DNA of 39,771 nucleotides from a virus: IMG/VR virus record IMGVR_UViG_3300045988_007823; one strand, 5' to 3'. Shown piece by piece: positions 38,805 to 39,771 of this stretch (position 1 is its first letter; each line of letters starts with the position of its first letter). The notes under the pieces were generated by a model. It saw only the letters and a program-made list of their open reading frames with translations, ran no database searches and was not told where the DNA came from. The position numbers and the translations under genes were made by a program.

Positions 38805-39237
38805 TTGACAATTCCGCCTCCTTTGCTGTAGAATTTGAAGCAAGGTTGTTTTTCCTGTAAGCGCTGTCGGTGTCATCTCCACCGGCGGCGCTTTCGCCTT
38901 TTTCCGCCCATGTGGTGGAGCATTCAGACTGCGCCAGCCATGCGAGAACAAGGGTTTCCAAAAACGTCTGCATGGATGCGATTCCGTTTCTTTCTAGCGC
39001 TTGTTTAACGCGCTGTGCGGTGCTTTCGGTTAACCGGCACTGTAACCGTATGGGCTTGACGCGGCGCGGTCTGCGGGGCTTGCGCTGCGTTACAGTGTCG
39101 TAAATCTCCTGCGCTCTGGTGCAGAATTTGACGCCGTAGTCGTTCGTGTGAAGCGCCATGCTCACCGTGCCCTTATTGGCCTTCGGAAACTCTTCCCGGA
39201 GGGCGGCGGCGATGGCCGTGTAACGTGTGTCGTTCAT
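38779..39237 (-). CDS. Hypothetical protein with a basic linker and a possible RHH-like segment.
   Basis: 152 aa containing ..KPIRLQCRLTESTAQRVKQALERNGIASMQTFLETLVLAWL... The C-terminal third is low complexity. Confidence 0.5.
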   Translation of the reverse strand: MNDTRYTAIAAALREEFPKANKGTVSMALHTNDYGVKFCTRAQEIYDTVTQRKPRRPRRVKPIRLQCRLTESTAQRVKQALERNGIASMQTFLETLVLAWLAQSECSTTWAEKGESAAGGDDTDSAYRKNNLASNSTAKEAELSSVQNVPLP

Positions 39238-39536
39238 TCAAACCATCCTTCCAAAGCGTCATCCAGATTACGGATCGGTTTTCCGCTATAGTCAGCGTAG
39301 GACGTTTCTATTATCGCGCCGCGGCTATCAGTCCATCTGCCAACGCCACAAATCCCGTCCGCTGTGTCGATCATCGCAAAGCAGATTCGCATATACGCGG
39401 CTGGGCTCATGCCCTCCGGCAGCTCGGCAGGATTCAAAACGATATGGCCCTCTGCTTCCAGTTCCGCCTTTGCCGCCGCGAACTGCTCACGGTATTCGGG
39501 ATTGCCGGTGATCTTCCCGGCCAGATAGATAATCAT
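39234..39536 (-). CDS. DUF4406/nucleoside 2-deoxyribosyltransferase-like protein.
   Basis: MIIYLAGKITGNPEYREQFAAAKAELEAEGHIVLNP... The start is set at ATG 39536, a TAATG overlap. Confidence 0.65.
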   Translation of the reverse strand: MIIYLAGKITGNPEYREQFAAAKAELEAEGHIVLNPAELPEGMSPAAYMRICFAMIDTADGICGVGRWTDSRGAIIETSYADYSGKPIRNLDDALEGWFE

Positions 39537-39745
39537 TAGTGCCGTCCTCCACTCATGATCGACGTGTCCGGCATTTGCAGCCAGCGGCAACAGTCATCGG
39601 CGAGGCTCGAAAATCCGTAAACGGCGAAGATGCCCTCGATCACGGCGAAGCCGAGACCGTTTCCGAATTTCCAGACGAAGAAGATCACAGCGGCCAGAAG
39701 CGTCATGATCGCGGTGGTGGCGAAGGTTGCCTTTGCTTTTGTCAT
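39536..39745 (-). CDS. Small membrane protein, 69 aa with two hydrophobic helices.
   Basis: It contains TTAIMTLLAAVIFFVW and GFAVIEGIFAVYGF. Its start lies inside the terminal repeat, so it directly follows gene 40..234 on the circle. Confidence 0.55.
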   Translation of the reverse strand: MTKAKATFATTAIMTLLAAVIFFVWKFGNGLGFAVIEGIFAVYGFSSLADDCCRWLQMPDTSIMSGGRH

Positions 39746-39771
39746 GGTTGTTTTCCTACTTTCTGCGGCGG
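39717..39771. repeat. Terminal direct repeat, right copy, identical to 1-55.
   Basis: Perfect 55-nt identity with the window start. The minus-strand gene 39536..39745 is partly duplicated at 1-29. Confidence 0.95.

Overview
This window is a complete temperate siphovirus-type phage genome from a Gram-positive, probably Clostridia-class host. Bases 1-55 are identical to 39717-39771, so the contig closes on itself and holds about 39.7 kb of unique sequence.

Gene layout:
- The plus strand carries a small lysogeny block at 2320-6690. It holds an XRE/cI-like repressor, a lipoprotein, a membrane-anchored XRE protein, a tyrosine integrase, an attP containing the 3' part of tRNA-Ser(GCU), and a strongly promoted two-gene cassette.
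- Almost everything else is one long minus-strand transcription series that runs across the contig junction.
- Its early part is a promoter at 2287-2259, an unusually long ORF-free structured leader, a small ORF plus antirepressor, and then the recombination/replication genes: Gp157-like, Rad52-like, HNH, SSB, replisome organizer, RuvC-like, Lar-like, many small zinc-ribbon proteins and a PAPS-reductase-like enzyme.
- Its late part is an ArpU/sigma-r4-like regulator, a late promoter with a promoter-proximal terminator, ParB-methyltransferase, terminase, portal, a MuF protein with a C-terminal extension, tRNA-Gln, scaffold, capsid, connectors, tail, tape measure, fibers, holin and a GH25 endolysin.
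- It ends with a five-gene accessory block of low-complexity and Cys-rich proteins at 6695-9058, preceded by a small sigma-r4-like gene at 9145-9408.

Most unusual observations:
1. The roughly 1-kb non-coding interval 1334-2373 contains two paralogous ~228-nt modules, each closed by a 25-bp helix, with compensatory substitutions between the copies.
2. An acr-aca-like cassette sits next to attP.
3. The MuF protein carries an AT-rich C-terminal toxin-like domain followed by a small immunity-like gene.
4. The post-lysis accessory module is entirely uncharacterised.
5. Several intrinsic terminators lie inside the late operon, which implies antitermination.

All product calls come from reading motifs in the translations. 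No database search was run.
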